A DNA stretch of 64,000 nt from Candidatus Omnitrophota bacterium. GTDB taxonomy: Bacteria > Omnitrophota > Gorgyraeia > B26-G9. Where the stretch lies: the NCBI GenBank assembly GCA_018895275.1, contig JAHIOQ010000073.1:11472-75471 (forward strand), read 5' to 3'. The translations under genes and the position numbers were made by a program. Below, piece by piece: positions 18,265 through 27,500 of this stretch; positions within the stretch are counted from its first letter, which is position 1, and each line of letters opens with the position of its first letter. The notes under the pieces were generated by a model. That model was not told where the DNA came from. It saw only the letters and a list, made by a program, of their open reading frames with translations, and did not search any database.

Positions 18265-19128
18265 ATGCGTAAGATTAAAGAATTCCTTATTGAAAAACTG
18301 ATACTGATTTGCGGGCTGGCGTCGATTTTCTTCGTCGGCCTGATTTTTATCTTTTTGCTTAAGGAAGGGCTTGCCGTGTTTAAGAGCGTCTCAGCGTTTG
18401 CCTTTCTCGGTGGCAGTAAATGGTACCCGATATCCGAGCCGCCGCAGCTGGGCATTCTGCCTTTAATCCTGGGGTCGCTGGTTGTGACCGTCGGCGCGGC
18501 GATTATTTCCATACCCATCGGCGTGGGCTGCGCGGTGTATATCGCGGAGATAGCGCCGTTAAAAATCAAAGAGGTTCTTAAGGCCGGGATAGAATTGCTG
18601 GCAGCTATTCCCAGTGTTGTGCTTGGGTTTATCGGCATGATTACGCTTGTGCCCTTGGTGAAAAAGGTATTCCACCTGCCGACCGGGCTCACGGCATTAT
18701 CCGGCTCGATTATGCTCGCGTTTATGGCCATGCCCACAATCGTTTCTATTGCCGAAGACGCCTTGTATTCCGTGCCGAAGAACTATAAAGAAGGCGCGTT
18801 TGCTCTCGGCGCTACGCATTGGCAGACAATTTACCGCGTGATATTGCCGGCGGCGTCGCGCGGGATTCTCGCGGCAATAATGCTGGGTATCGGCAGGGTC
18901 ATCGGCGAGACAATGGCGGTGATGATGATTACCGGAAACGCCGCGGTTATCCCCAAAAGTATTCTGGTTCCGGTGCGCACCCTGACGGCAACGATTGCCG
19001 CGGAGATGGGCGAGGCGGTTGTTGGCAGTGAACACTACTTTGCCTTGTTTGCCATCGGGATTGTTTTGTTTGTGATCAGTTTCGCGATTAACGTGACCGC
19101 GGATTTGTGTTTGCATGAGAGGATCTAA
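18265..19128 (+). CDS. pstC: Phosphate ABC transporter permease
   Basis: 287 aa, polytopic. EAA-loop-like EGAFALGATHWQT motif. Confidence 0.85.
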   Translation: MRKIKEFLIEKLILICGLASIFFVGLIFIFLLKEGLAVFKSVSAFAFLGGSKWYPISEPPQLGILPLILGSLVVTVGAAIISIPIGVGCAVYIAEIAPLKIKEVLKAGIELLAAIPSVVLGFIGMITLVPLVKKVFHLPTGLTALSGSIMLAFMAMPTIVSIAEDALYSVPKNYKEGAFALGATHWQTIYRVILPAASRGILAAIMLGIGRVIGETMAVMMITGNAAVIPKSILVPVRTLTATIAAEMGEAVVGSEHYFALFAIGIVLFVISFAINVTADLCLHERI

Positions 19129-19979
19129 TGGCACGTAACCCTTACCGTTCGCAAAAGATTGCTTTTTTTTGTTTACTGCTGGCAACGCTGTTTATTGTTG
19201 TGCCGGTGGGGATGATTGTTGTCGTAATTATTAAAAAGGGGATAGCTGGAATAACCTGGCAGTTTCTCACGGATGTCCCGCGCAAAGGCATGCGCGCCGG
19301 AGGTATCTTTCCGGCGATTGTGGGAACGGTATATCTCGTAACCGGGGCGATAAGCTTTGCATTGCCTATCGGACTGTTCGCGGCAATATATCTTAGCGAA
19401 TATGCCAAGGGCAATTTTCTCACGCGGATGATTAAGCTGGCGATTGTCAATCTTGCCGGCGTGCCGTCGGTAGTCTACGGCCTTTTCGGCCTCTCCCTGT
19501 TTGTCGTATTTTTTAAATTCGGCGCGTCGATTCTTTCCGGGGCGCTGACCTTGGGGATAATGATTCTACCCTTGATAATTACCGCTTCGCGCGAAGCCCT
19601 GGAGAGCGTGCCGGCCTCGTTCCGCGAGGCAAGCCTATCTCTGGGAGCGAGCAAGTGGCAGACCATCCGCCATATTGTATTGCCCAATGCCGTTCCGGGC
19701 ATATTGACGGGCACGATTTTAGGACTGGGCAGGGCCGCGGGCGAGACCGCGCCGATTTTATTTACCGCCGCGGCGTTCTATCTGCCGCGACTGCCGCATT
19801 CCATATTCGACCAGGTGATGGCCTTGCCTTATCATCTTTATGTTATATCCACCCAGGTGCCTAATGTCGATGAAAAGATTCGTTACGGTACGGCCCTGGT
19901 GCTTGTATTTTTGGTTCTGGTGATGAATCTGATCGCCGTTGTGATACGTTACCAATTCAGGAAGAAGAAGAAATGGTGA
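19128..19979 (+). CDS. pstA: Phosphate ABC transporter permease
   Basis: 283 aa, polytopic. REASLSLGASKWQTIRHIVLP motif. ATG overlaps the pstC stop. Confidence 0.85.
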   Translation: MARNPYRSQKIAFFCLLLATLFIVVPVGMIVVVIIKKGIAGITWQFLTDVPRKGMRAGGIFPAIVGTVYLVTGAISFALPIGLFAAIYLSEYAKGNFLTRMIKLAIVNLAGVPSVVYGLFGLSLFVVFFKFGASILSGALTLGIMILPLIITASREALESVPASFREASLSLGASKWQTIRHIVLPNAVPGILTGTILGLGRAAGETAPILFTAAAFYLPRLPHSIFDQVMALPYHLYVISTQVPNVDEKIRYGTALVLVFLVLVMNLIAVVIRYQFRKKKKW

Positions 19980-20719
19980 AAATCTCCGCAACTAAATTGA
20001 ATATCTGGTTCGGCGAAACATCCGTGTTAAGAAATATTAATATTGAGATTTACGCCAATGAAATCCTGAGTATCATCGGGCCTTCAAACAGCGGAAAGAC
20101 GACGTTTCTGCGCATGCTTAACCGGCTTAATGACCTTACTCCTTCTTTTAAAATGCAAGGAGAAGTGATGTTCGAAGATACGGACATCAGAAAGATAAAC
20201 GTGGAATTGCTGCGCAAAAAGATAGGCATGGTGTTTGCCCTGCCGCTGCCTTTGCCGCTGTCTATATTTGACAACGTTGCCTACGGGCTGAGGATGCACG
20301 GTGAACGTAACAGGAAAAGGATTCGGGAAAAGGTAAAGCAGGCCTTAACGCAGGGGTATCTCTGGGATGAGGTAAAGGACCGTTTGCCGGAATCAGCGTT
20401 TAAATTATCCGGCGGGCAGCAGCAGCGCCTGTGCATCGCGCGCACGCTTGCCGTGGAGCCGGATGTCATTCTATTCGATGAGCCGTGTTCCGGCTTGGAC
20501 CCGATTTCCACGGCAAAGGTGGAAGAGGCGATGCTTAAACTTAAAAAAGAATACACGATTGTGCTGGTAACCAATAACGTTAAACAGGCGGCGCGCGTGG
20601 GAGACAGGACGGCGTTTTTTCTTTCCGGAGAATTAGTGGAACTGGACAAGACGGAAAAAATATTTACGGCGCCCTCGGATCGGCGCACGGATGATTATAT
20701 TCGGGGTAAATTCGGCTGA
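19973..20719 (+). CDS. pstB: Phosphate ABC transporter ATP-binding protein, divergent paralog (Q-loop and H-loop substituted)
   Basis: Walker A GPSNSGKTT, signature LSGGQQQRL, Walker B ILFDEP. The Q-loop reads VFALP (no Gln) and the H-loop reads VTNN (no His). Confidence 0.85.
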   Translation: MVKISATKLNIWFGETSVLRNINIEIYANEILSIIGPSNSGKTTFLRMLNRLNDLTPSFKMQGEVMFEDTDIRKINVELLRKKIGMVFALPLPLPLSIFDNVAYGLRMHGERNRKRIREKVKQALTQGYLWDEVKDRLPESAFKLSGGQQQRLCIARTLAVEPDVILFDEPCSGLDPISTAKVEEAMLKLKKEYTIVLVTNNVKQAARVGDRTAFFLSGELVELDKTEKIFTAPSDRRTDDYIRGKFG

Positions 20720-21474
20720 TGGCAAATATTAGGGTTGATAATTTAGATCTGTGGTATGGCAGTTTTCAGGCGCTTAAAAGGGTAAATGCCGTTTTCGGGG
20801 AGAAGAGGATAACCGCGGTAATCGGGCCTTCCGGATGCGGAAAGTCAACCCTGCTGCGCGTGTTTAACCGCATGAATGACCTGGTTGAGGGAGTGCGTAC
20901 TACCGGCAGCGTATTTGTTGACGCTGAGGATATCCTTGTGCCGCATACCAACCTTGTAAGACTGCGTAAAAAAATAGGTATGGTATTTCAGCGGCCGAAT
21001 CCGTTTCCGCTGTCTATATACGAAAATATCGTATTCGGCGAGCGCATACACAGCCGGCGTATAAGCCGCGATACTCTCGATGATATCGTGGAAGCAAGTT
21101 TGAAAAGCGTACTGCTTTGGGAAGAGTTGAAAGATAAACGGCATATGCCGGCATTACGTTTGTCTTTGGAGCAGAAACAGCGCCTTTGTATCGCGCGGCT
21201 GCTTGCGGTTAAGCCGGATATTTTATTGATGGACGAGCCATGCTCGGCTCTGGACCCGCAGGCAACGGCAAAGATAGAAGAATTGATGCGTGAATTAAAA
21301 AATAATTATACTATAATAATAGTAACGCATAGTATGCAGCAGGCAGCGCGTATTTCCGATGAAACGGGATTCATGCTCCTGGGCGAGCTGATCGAGTTTG
21401 ATAAAACGGAAAATATTTTTACCAGGCCGAAGGACAGGCGTACGGAAGATTATATTACCGGAAGGTACGGATAA
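20719..21474 (+). CDS. pstB: Phosphate ABC transporter ATP-binding protein, second paralog (degenerate signature motif)
   Basis: Walker A GPSGCGKST, Q-loop VFQRP, Walker B LLMDEP, H-loop VTHS. The signature motif reads LSLEQKQRL instead of LSGGQ. Confidence 0.85.
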   Translation: MANIRVDNLDLWYGSFQALKRVNAVFGEKRITAVIGPSGCGKSTLLRVFNRMNDLVEGVRTTGSVFVDAEDILVPHTNLVRLRKKIGMVFQRPNPFPLSIYENIVFGERIHSRRISRDTLDDIVEASLKSVLLWEELKDKRHMPALRLSLEQKQRLCIARLLAVKPDILLMDEPCSALDPQATAKIEELMRELKNNYTIIIVTHSMQQAARISDETGFMLLGELIEFDKTENIFTRPKDRRTEDYITGRYG

Positions 21475-21495
21475 CGAGTGAAACGAGGAGGTATA

Positions 21496-22167
21496 ATGGA
21501 ACGCTATTTTGATGAAGAACTGAAGGGGTTACACAAGGATATCCTGGCTATGGCGATTATGGCTCAGGAAGCGATATTCAAGTCAATAGAGGCCCTGAAG
21601 AACCGCGACGCGCAGCAGGCCAAAGAAATTCTTGATTATGACGATAAAATCGACCAGCTGGAGCTGGATATTGACGAGAAATGCATAGATCTTATTGCCC
21701 GGCACCAGCCGATGGCCGGAGACCTGAGATTTATAACCACGGGCATGAAGATTAATGCCGAACTGGAACGTATTGCCGATTTGGCCGTGGATATTGCGGA
21801 GCGCGTCCTGGAGCTGGCCGATAAGCCGATTCTTAAACCGCTGATTGATATCCCAAAACTTTCTACCGTGGCCCAGAACATGATCCATGAGGCCATTGAC
21901 GCCTTTGTTAAAAAAGACGTGGAGTTGGCGAAAAAGGTCGTGCTTTCCGACCGGGAAGCGGATAACCTGCGGAACCTTGTGCAGGACGAGCTGATCAATG
22001 ATTATATGAGTAAAGACCCTTCTACGGCTTCGCGCGCCGTGCCGTTATTGCTTATTGCCCGGCACCTTGAACGCATTTGTGATCATACCACAAATATCGC
22101 CGAAGATGTTATCTATATGGTCGAAGGCAAGGTGGTACGGCATCATCCGGAAGAGCTGGAATCGTAA
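21496..22167 (+). CDS. phoU: Phosphate signalling complex protein PhoU
   Basis: Two PhoU repeats (ERIADLAVDIAE and ERICDHTTNIAED). ATG 21496 follows GGAGG. Last gene of the pst operon. Confidence 0.85.
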   Translation: MERYFDEELKGLHKDILAMAIMAQEAIFKSIEALKNRDAQQAKEILDYDDKIDQLELDIDEKCIDLIARHQPMAGDLRFITTGMKINAELERIADLAVDIAERVLELADKPILKPLIDIPKLSTVAQNMIHEAIDAFVKKDVELAKKVVLSDREADNLRNLVQDELINDYMSKDPSTASRAVPLLLIARHLERICDHTTNIAEDVIYMVEGKVVRHHPEELES

Positions 22168-22332
22168 ACAAAGTTTCACAGGATTTAAAAATAAGAAAAT
22201 TTTTCGATCTGCGAGTATCAGCGTAGATCTGCGTCCGCATTTCCGGCTTGCCTCAAAATATTATCATACCTTTGCTATTCGGTGTCTCTGTGTGTTAGAA
22301 TAACGCTATATACTTATGATAAAGGAGAAATA

Positions 22333-22965
22333 ATGGGATTAATATCGCTTTTTTTTCAAAATCCGGTTGGATTTTTTATCCTGGCAGGATTGCTGCTTTA
22401 TTCGATTATTGCACATGAGGTAGCGCATGGCTGGGTAGCCTCTCTTTTTGGTGACGACACGGCTAAACGCTATGGCCGTCTGACGCTTAATCCCGCGCCG
22501 CATATTGACCCCATGGGGCTGTTAATGCTGTTTTTTGTCGGTTTCGGCTGGGCGCGGCCCGTGCCGGTGAATTATTCCGTGCTGCAGCGGTCGAGGTTCG
22601 GGGTAATCGCGGTTTCTTTCGCCGGTTGTCTGACAAACATCCTTATCGCGATAGTCGCCGTATTTCTGCTGCAAATTCCGGCCATAGACGCGAACCCGCT
22701 TTTTTCCGGCGTGCTTTATATCCTCGTAAGAATAAACATAATTCTCGGTGCCTTTAATCTTATACCGATTCCGCCGCTGGACGGATCGCGCATTCTTATG
22801 GTACTTCTGCCGGAAAGGGCAAAACTGCGCTTTGCCAGGCTGGAGCCATATGGTTTGCTCATAATCGCCTTTCTGCTCTTCAGCGGGCTTTTGAATCCAA
22901 TAATCAGTTTTATGCAGAGCCTGGTCTATGCCTTTATTTCCGTGCTGCAGGGGATGGGCAGATAA
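22333..22965 (+). CDS. Peptidase M50 / site-2 protease family membrane metalloprotease
   Basis: HEVAHGW (HExxH) in TM1, a later NLIPIPPLDGS motif, and a polytopic profile. ATG 22333 follows AAAGGAG. Confidence 0.75.
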   Translation: MGLISLFFQNPVGFFILAGLLLYSIIAHEVAHGWVASLFGDDTAKRYGRLTLNPAPHIDPMGLLMLFFVGFGWARPVPVNYSVLQRSRFGVIAVSFAGCLTNILIAIVAVFLLQIPAIDANPLFSGVLYILVRINIILGAFNLIPIPPLDGSRILMVLLPERAKLRFARLEPYGLLIIAFLLFSGLLNPIISFMQSLVYAFISVLQGMGR

Positions 22966-22966
22966 T

Positions 22967-23130
22967 GGTTCATAGCTGATGGCTCATAGCTGATTAGCTC
23001 ATAAGCTCATGGTTGATAGCTGATAGCTCGTAAGTACATAAGTAAAGTAGCAAGCAACGAGTAGCAAGTAGCCTCCTTCGCTAAAGCTTCCTCCTTCGCT
23101 GAAGCTTCTGAGGACAGGTCGGAGGACAGG
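22967..23130. repeat. Chain of consecutive short tandem duplications (stuttered intergenic DNA)
   Basis: GGTTCATAGCTGAT/GGCTCATAGCTGAT (22967-22994). TAGCAAG twice. CCTCCTTCGCT[A/G]AAGCTT twice (23072-23107). GAGGACAGG twice (23110-23130). Confidence 0.8.
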
Positions 23131-23158
23131 CGGGCATTTTTAGGAGAAGCATCTTGTT

Positions 23159-23809
23159 ATGAGAAGAAAACAAATAATAAAAAGAAACCTGCCGTTAGCC
23201 GGGCTTGTTTTGGTGATTGCTGCCGCTTTTTTGATTACGGGAAAAGGACGATTGATTATTCCTCCGGCATCAGATTTATCTTCTGAGGAACATAAGGCCG
23301 ATTATAGAAATATAGTTGTTGTGAGAGTGATAGACGGCGATACGGTAGAGCTTGAGAACGGGGAACGCGTAAGGCTGATCGGCATCGATACGCCGGAAAG
23401 CCGCATGAATGAAAAATTAAAAAGGGACAGCCTGTACAGCGCAGAGAGTTATGATGTGATAATTGCCATGGGAAAAAAGTCCGCGCGGTTTACAAAACAA
23501 CTTCTTGCTAAACAACGGGTAAGGCTTGAGTTCGATGCGCAAAAACGCGATAAATACGGCAGGCTATTGGCCTATGTTTATGTAAAGAGATTGTGTGCGC
23601 AAAAAGGCGCGTTTATCCGCAATATTGTCCATGGAGATGTACTGCCGCAGGAGCACAGAGACCATGAGGTTGAGTTGTTCGTCAATGCCGAGATCGTAAA
23701 GCAGGGATACGCGGACCTTATGACTATCCCGCCGAATGTGAAATACGCTGAATTGTTTCAAAAGCTGTACCAACAGGCAAGGCAGGAGAATCGAGGATTA
23801 TGGAAATAG
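23159..23809 (+). CDS. Thermonuclease (staphylococcal nuclease, SNase) family protein with N-terminal membrane anchor
   Basis: VIDGDTVELENGERVRLIGIDTPE and GRLLAYVY motifs of the SNase fold. N-terminal hydrophobic segment. Confidence 0.8.
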   Translation: MRRKQIIKRNLPLAGLVLVIAAAFLITGKGRLIIPPASDLSSEEHKADYRNIVVVRVIDGDTVELENGERVRLIGIDTPESRMNEKLKRDSLYSAESYDVIIAMGKKSARFTKQLLAKQRVRLEFDAQKRDKYGRLLAYVYVKRLCAQKGAFIRNIVHGDVLPQEHRDHEVELFVNAEIVKQGYADLMTIPPNVKYAELFQKLYQQARQENRGLWK

Positions 23810-23817
23810 GGGGCGGC

Positions 23818-24507
23818 ATGGCGCAGATTCAGATTAAAGTTGATCGAATCGTTCGTTCCCGCAGGCGCACGCTTGCGTTAGAGATAACGCCGGATGCGCG
23901 GCTAATCGTGCGTGCGCCGTTGTCCATGACCGACGCGGCGATTAAACATTTTGTCACGCGGAAAAAGGTCTGGATACGAAAACATCAGACAAAGGCCAGG
24001 ATAAAACATGAAAAGATTTCTCCGAAACAGTTTGTCGACGGAGAAGAATTTTTATATCTCGGCAGGCCTTTCCGGTTTTGTATTAGCGAGAGAAAAAGCA
24101 TTGCTTTGACGGATGTCCTGGAGTTTCCGAAGGATTTTATGCCGCAGGCAAGGTTCCATCTGGTTAATTGGTATCGTAAGAAGGCGTTGGAAATATTTTC
24201 GCAGCGGGTGCGTTTGTGTGCGCAATGGAACAAACTTGAATATGCTTCAGTCCGGATTTCCAACGCGAAAAAAAGACTTGGCTCCTGTGCGTCGGACGGC
24301 CGGCTTAGTTTCAGCTGGCGATTGGTTATGTCGCCTTTACATGTGATTGACTATGTTGTCGCGCATGAACTGGCGCATCTTTTGGTGATGAATCACTCCG
24401 TCCGGTTTTGGCTAAAGGTAAACAATATGTTTCCAGGTTACCGGGAAAGCCGCCGTTGGCTTAAAGGCAACGCGCATTTACTGAATATTGCCCCAAAAAT
24501 ATATTGA
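23818..24507 (+). CDS. YgjP-like (DUF45/M48-type) zinc metallopeptidase
   Basis: VVAHELAHL HExxH motif preceded by RLGSC...LSFSWRL, typical of the YgjP family. The start is ambiguous (23800 or 23818). Confidence 0.7.
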   Translation: MAQIQIKVDRIVRSRRRTLALEITPDARLIVRAPLSMTDAAIKHFVTRKKVWIRKHQTKARIKHEKISPKQFVDGEEFLYLGRPFRFCISERKSIALTDVLEFPKDFMPQARFHLVNWYRKKALEIFSQRVRLCAQWNKLEYASVRISNAKKRLGSCASDGRLSFSWRLVMSPLHVIDYVVAHELAHLLVMNHSVRFWLKVNNMFPGYRESRRWLKGNAHLLNIAPKIY

Positions 24508-27500
24508 AAGGCGCGGTTATGGGTATTATAATAAAGTCTAAAGGGTATAATAAGATGTTTGATGAAAGTAAAAATATAATTCCTAATTATGAAATTACCC
24601 GGAAATTAGGGGAAAGTTCCCAAGCGATTGTTTATAAGGCTTTCCACAAAAAATATCCTGATAAACCGTTAGTTTTGAAAATGTTAAAAGCGGGAGGTTT
24701 TACAGAGCGTCAGGAATTGCACTTCCGGCAAAAAATTGAGCAGCTTAAAGTTTTAGATGATCCCCTCTTCATAAAACCCTTTGCTTTCGTCGCAAAGGAT
24801 GATTTTCCTTTTATTATCAAAGATTATTATGATGGAATCCCGCTTGATAGCTGGGCCGAAGCTAAAGCTAATATTACTTTGGATGATTTTTTTTGCATAA
24901 GCTGTTTTTTAGCGCAGGCGCTGCAAAAAGTTCATGAGGCGGGAATTATTCACGGCGGTGTAAAACCGCATAATATTTTGGTCAATCCGGAAACTCTGGA
25001 GGTTCGTTTAATTGATTTCATATCATTTCTTGATGTTAAACAGGTGAGCCATTTTATTTATGAGCGCTCTTTTGTTGAAGCTACGCTGGCCTATACTTCT
25101 CCGGAACAAACCGGACGCATAAATCATCGAGTCGATTTTTCTTCTGATCTATATTCTTTAGGTATTGTTTTTTATGAACTTTTGACGCGAAAGCTTCCTT
25201 TCTTTTCGCGGGATCCTTTGGAACTGATTCATTTACATCTGGCGGAGGAAGCCGCGGAGGTCGGCAAGATTAACCCCGCTGTTCCAAATATAATCGGCAA
25301 AATAGTCGCCAAACTAATTTGTAAACAACCGGAAAAACGCTATCAGAGCGGCGCTGGTTTGTTTGTGGATCTTGAGCAATGCCGCAACGAATATTCAGCC
25401 AAAAAAACCGTTTCTGATTTCCTCTTAGGCAGATATGATTTTACGCATATCGTTATCTTTATTTCAAAAATGGTCGGCCGGGATAGTGAGGCAAGGTTGA
25501 TTTTAGAAGAATATAATCAGGCAGCCGGCGGTAACTTTCGTTCCTTGTTTATTTCCGGGCTTCCCGGTATCGGAAAAACCCGTTTAATTCAGGAACTTCA
25601 GAAGCCGATTATCGAGCATAGAGGCTATTTTACTTCCGGAAAATTTAACCTCTATCAAAAGAATATCCCGTATAGCGCGTTGATTCATAGCCTTAGAAAT
25701 TTAATAAGAACTTTTTTAACGGAAAGCAATGAAAGAGTTGAAGCCTGGAAAAAGACGATTCTGGAAGCTTTGGATAATAAGGGAAAGGTTATTACGGAGG
25801 TTATTCCTGAGCTTGAGATATTGGTTGGTTCGCAGCCGGAAGTTATGCCGCTGCCTCCCGTGGAATCAAAAAATCGTTTCAACGATCTGTTCGGCAGGTT
25901 TTTAACTTGTTTAGCAAGCGAAGAAAATCCTTTGACGATTTTTATCGATGACCTTCAATGGTGCGATACGGCGACTTTTGATTTTTTGGGGAACATATTC
26001 GCTAATTATAAGGAACATAAGTATCTTTTTTTCATCGGAGCTTATCGTCATAACGAAGTAAATTCAACCCATCCTTTAACAAAATTGATTCGTGATATTA
26101 AAAAGGATAAATGGCCTCTCAAAGAAATTGCGTTGGGACCTTTGGATTCTAAACATTGTTATGAGATGGTTTCTTATATTCTAGATTCAACTCTTTCCCA
26201 AACTGAAGAACTCTCCGCGTTCATTGCCGGGCTTTCCGAGGGAAATCCATTGTTTGTGAGCGAGATATTATCGTATCTTCATAATGAAAATTTGCTTTTC
26301 TGGGATGAAAAACGGCATTGGAAGTGGGACTTTAACAGGATAAGAACATCGGATATGCCTTCTACCGTCGTGGCGCTTTTTAGTTCGAAGGTTCAGAAAT
26401 TACCTCCGCAAACAATAGAATTGCTTGAATATTGCGCTTGTATGGGTAATTGTTTTTCTCCCACTGAGATCGCGTTAATCAAGGAAATAACTTTATTTAA
26501 TACCTTTGAGGCTTTGAAACCCGCTTTAGCCCAGGGGTTATTGATGGAGAGTAAAGATGACCTGCAGTTTGTGCATGACCGTGTCCAGGAGGCGGTATTA
26601 AGCGCCATCCCCGAAGATAAAAGACGCCGTATACACTGGAATATAGGAAATCATTTATCTTCTATTATTCCCCAAGGGGCGGATTTAGAGAAGTTGGATA
26701 ATCTCTTCGCGATTGCCGCGCATCTAAATCTGGGCAGGCCAGAAGCCTTGGACGCGGAAACCTTATACCGATTATCGGATATAAACTATCATGCCGGAAA
26801 TAAGGCCCTGGAGGCATTAGCCATGGAATCGGCTAACAACTATTTCCAATTGGCCAGAGAATTACTGCCGCAGGGCTGCTGGCAAAAGCAGTATGAGATG
26901 ACGTTTAAAATTTACCGGAAAGCGGCAAAGGCAGAATTGATATGCGGTAACTATGCGAATTCCGAGAAACTGCTTAATAAACTTCTTGAGAACGCGAAAA
27001 CCGATCTTGATAAAGCTGAAGCGCTTGCGGAGCAGACAAGTTCGCTTTCTTCCATAGGTAATTTTATCAGCGCTGTCGAAACTGCTAATCAAGGACTGGC
27101 CTGTTTTAATAAATCGATTCCTTGCGACTCTGTGGAAGCGGAGCAAAAAAGAGAAAGCCTGATGAATAAGATTGAGTCGATGGATATTGACATCTGGAAA
27201 ACAATTATGGATATGCCGTTTACCCATGAAAGAAAGAGCAAAATCGAATCGGCATTCTACAGCGAGCTTATCCCGGATTTATACATGTCCGGTTTGGTGC
27301 CGCAGCTTTATCTTTCAGCCGTGCAATCCACGCAGCACTGTTTAGCCGGCGGTATGGATGAATCGGTAATCTATTCCTTTGCGATTATGGCCCTTTATTT
27401 AGGGGAAACAGGAGAATTTGAAAAAGCCTTCCGGTATGAAGACCTTGCCTGTAATCTGTCGGCAAAATATCCCAATACATTCGGGGCAACGCGGGGTATG

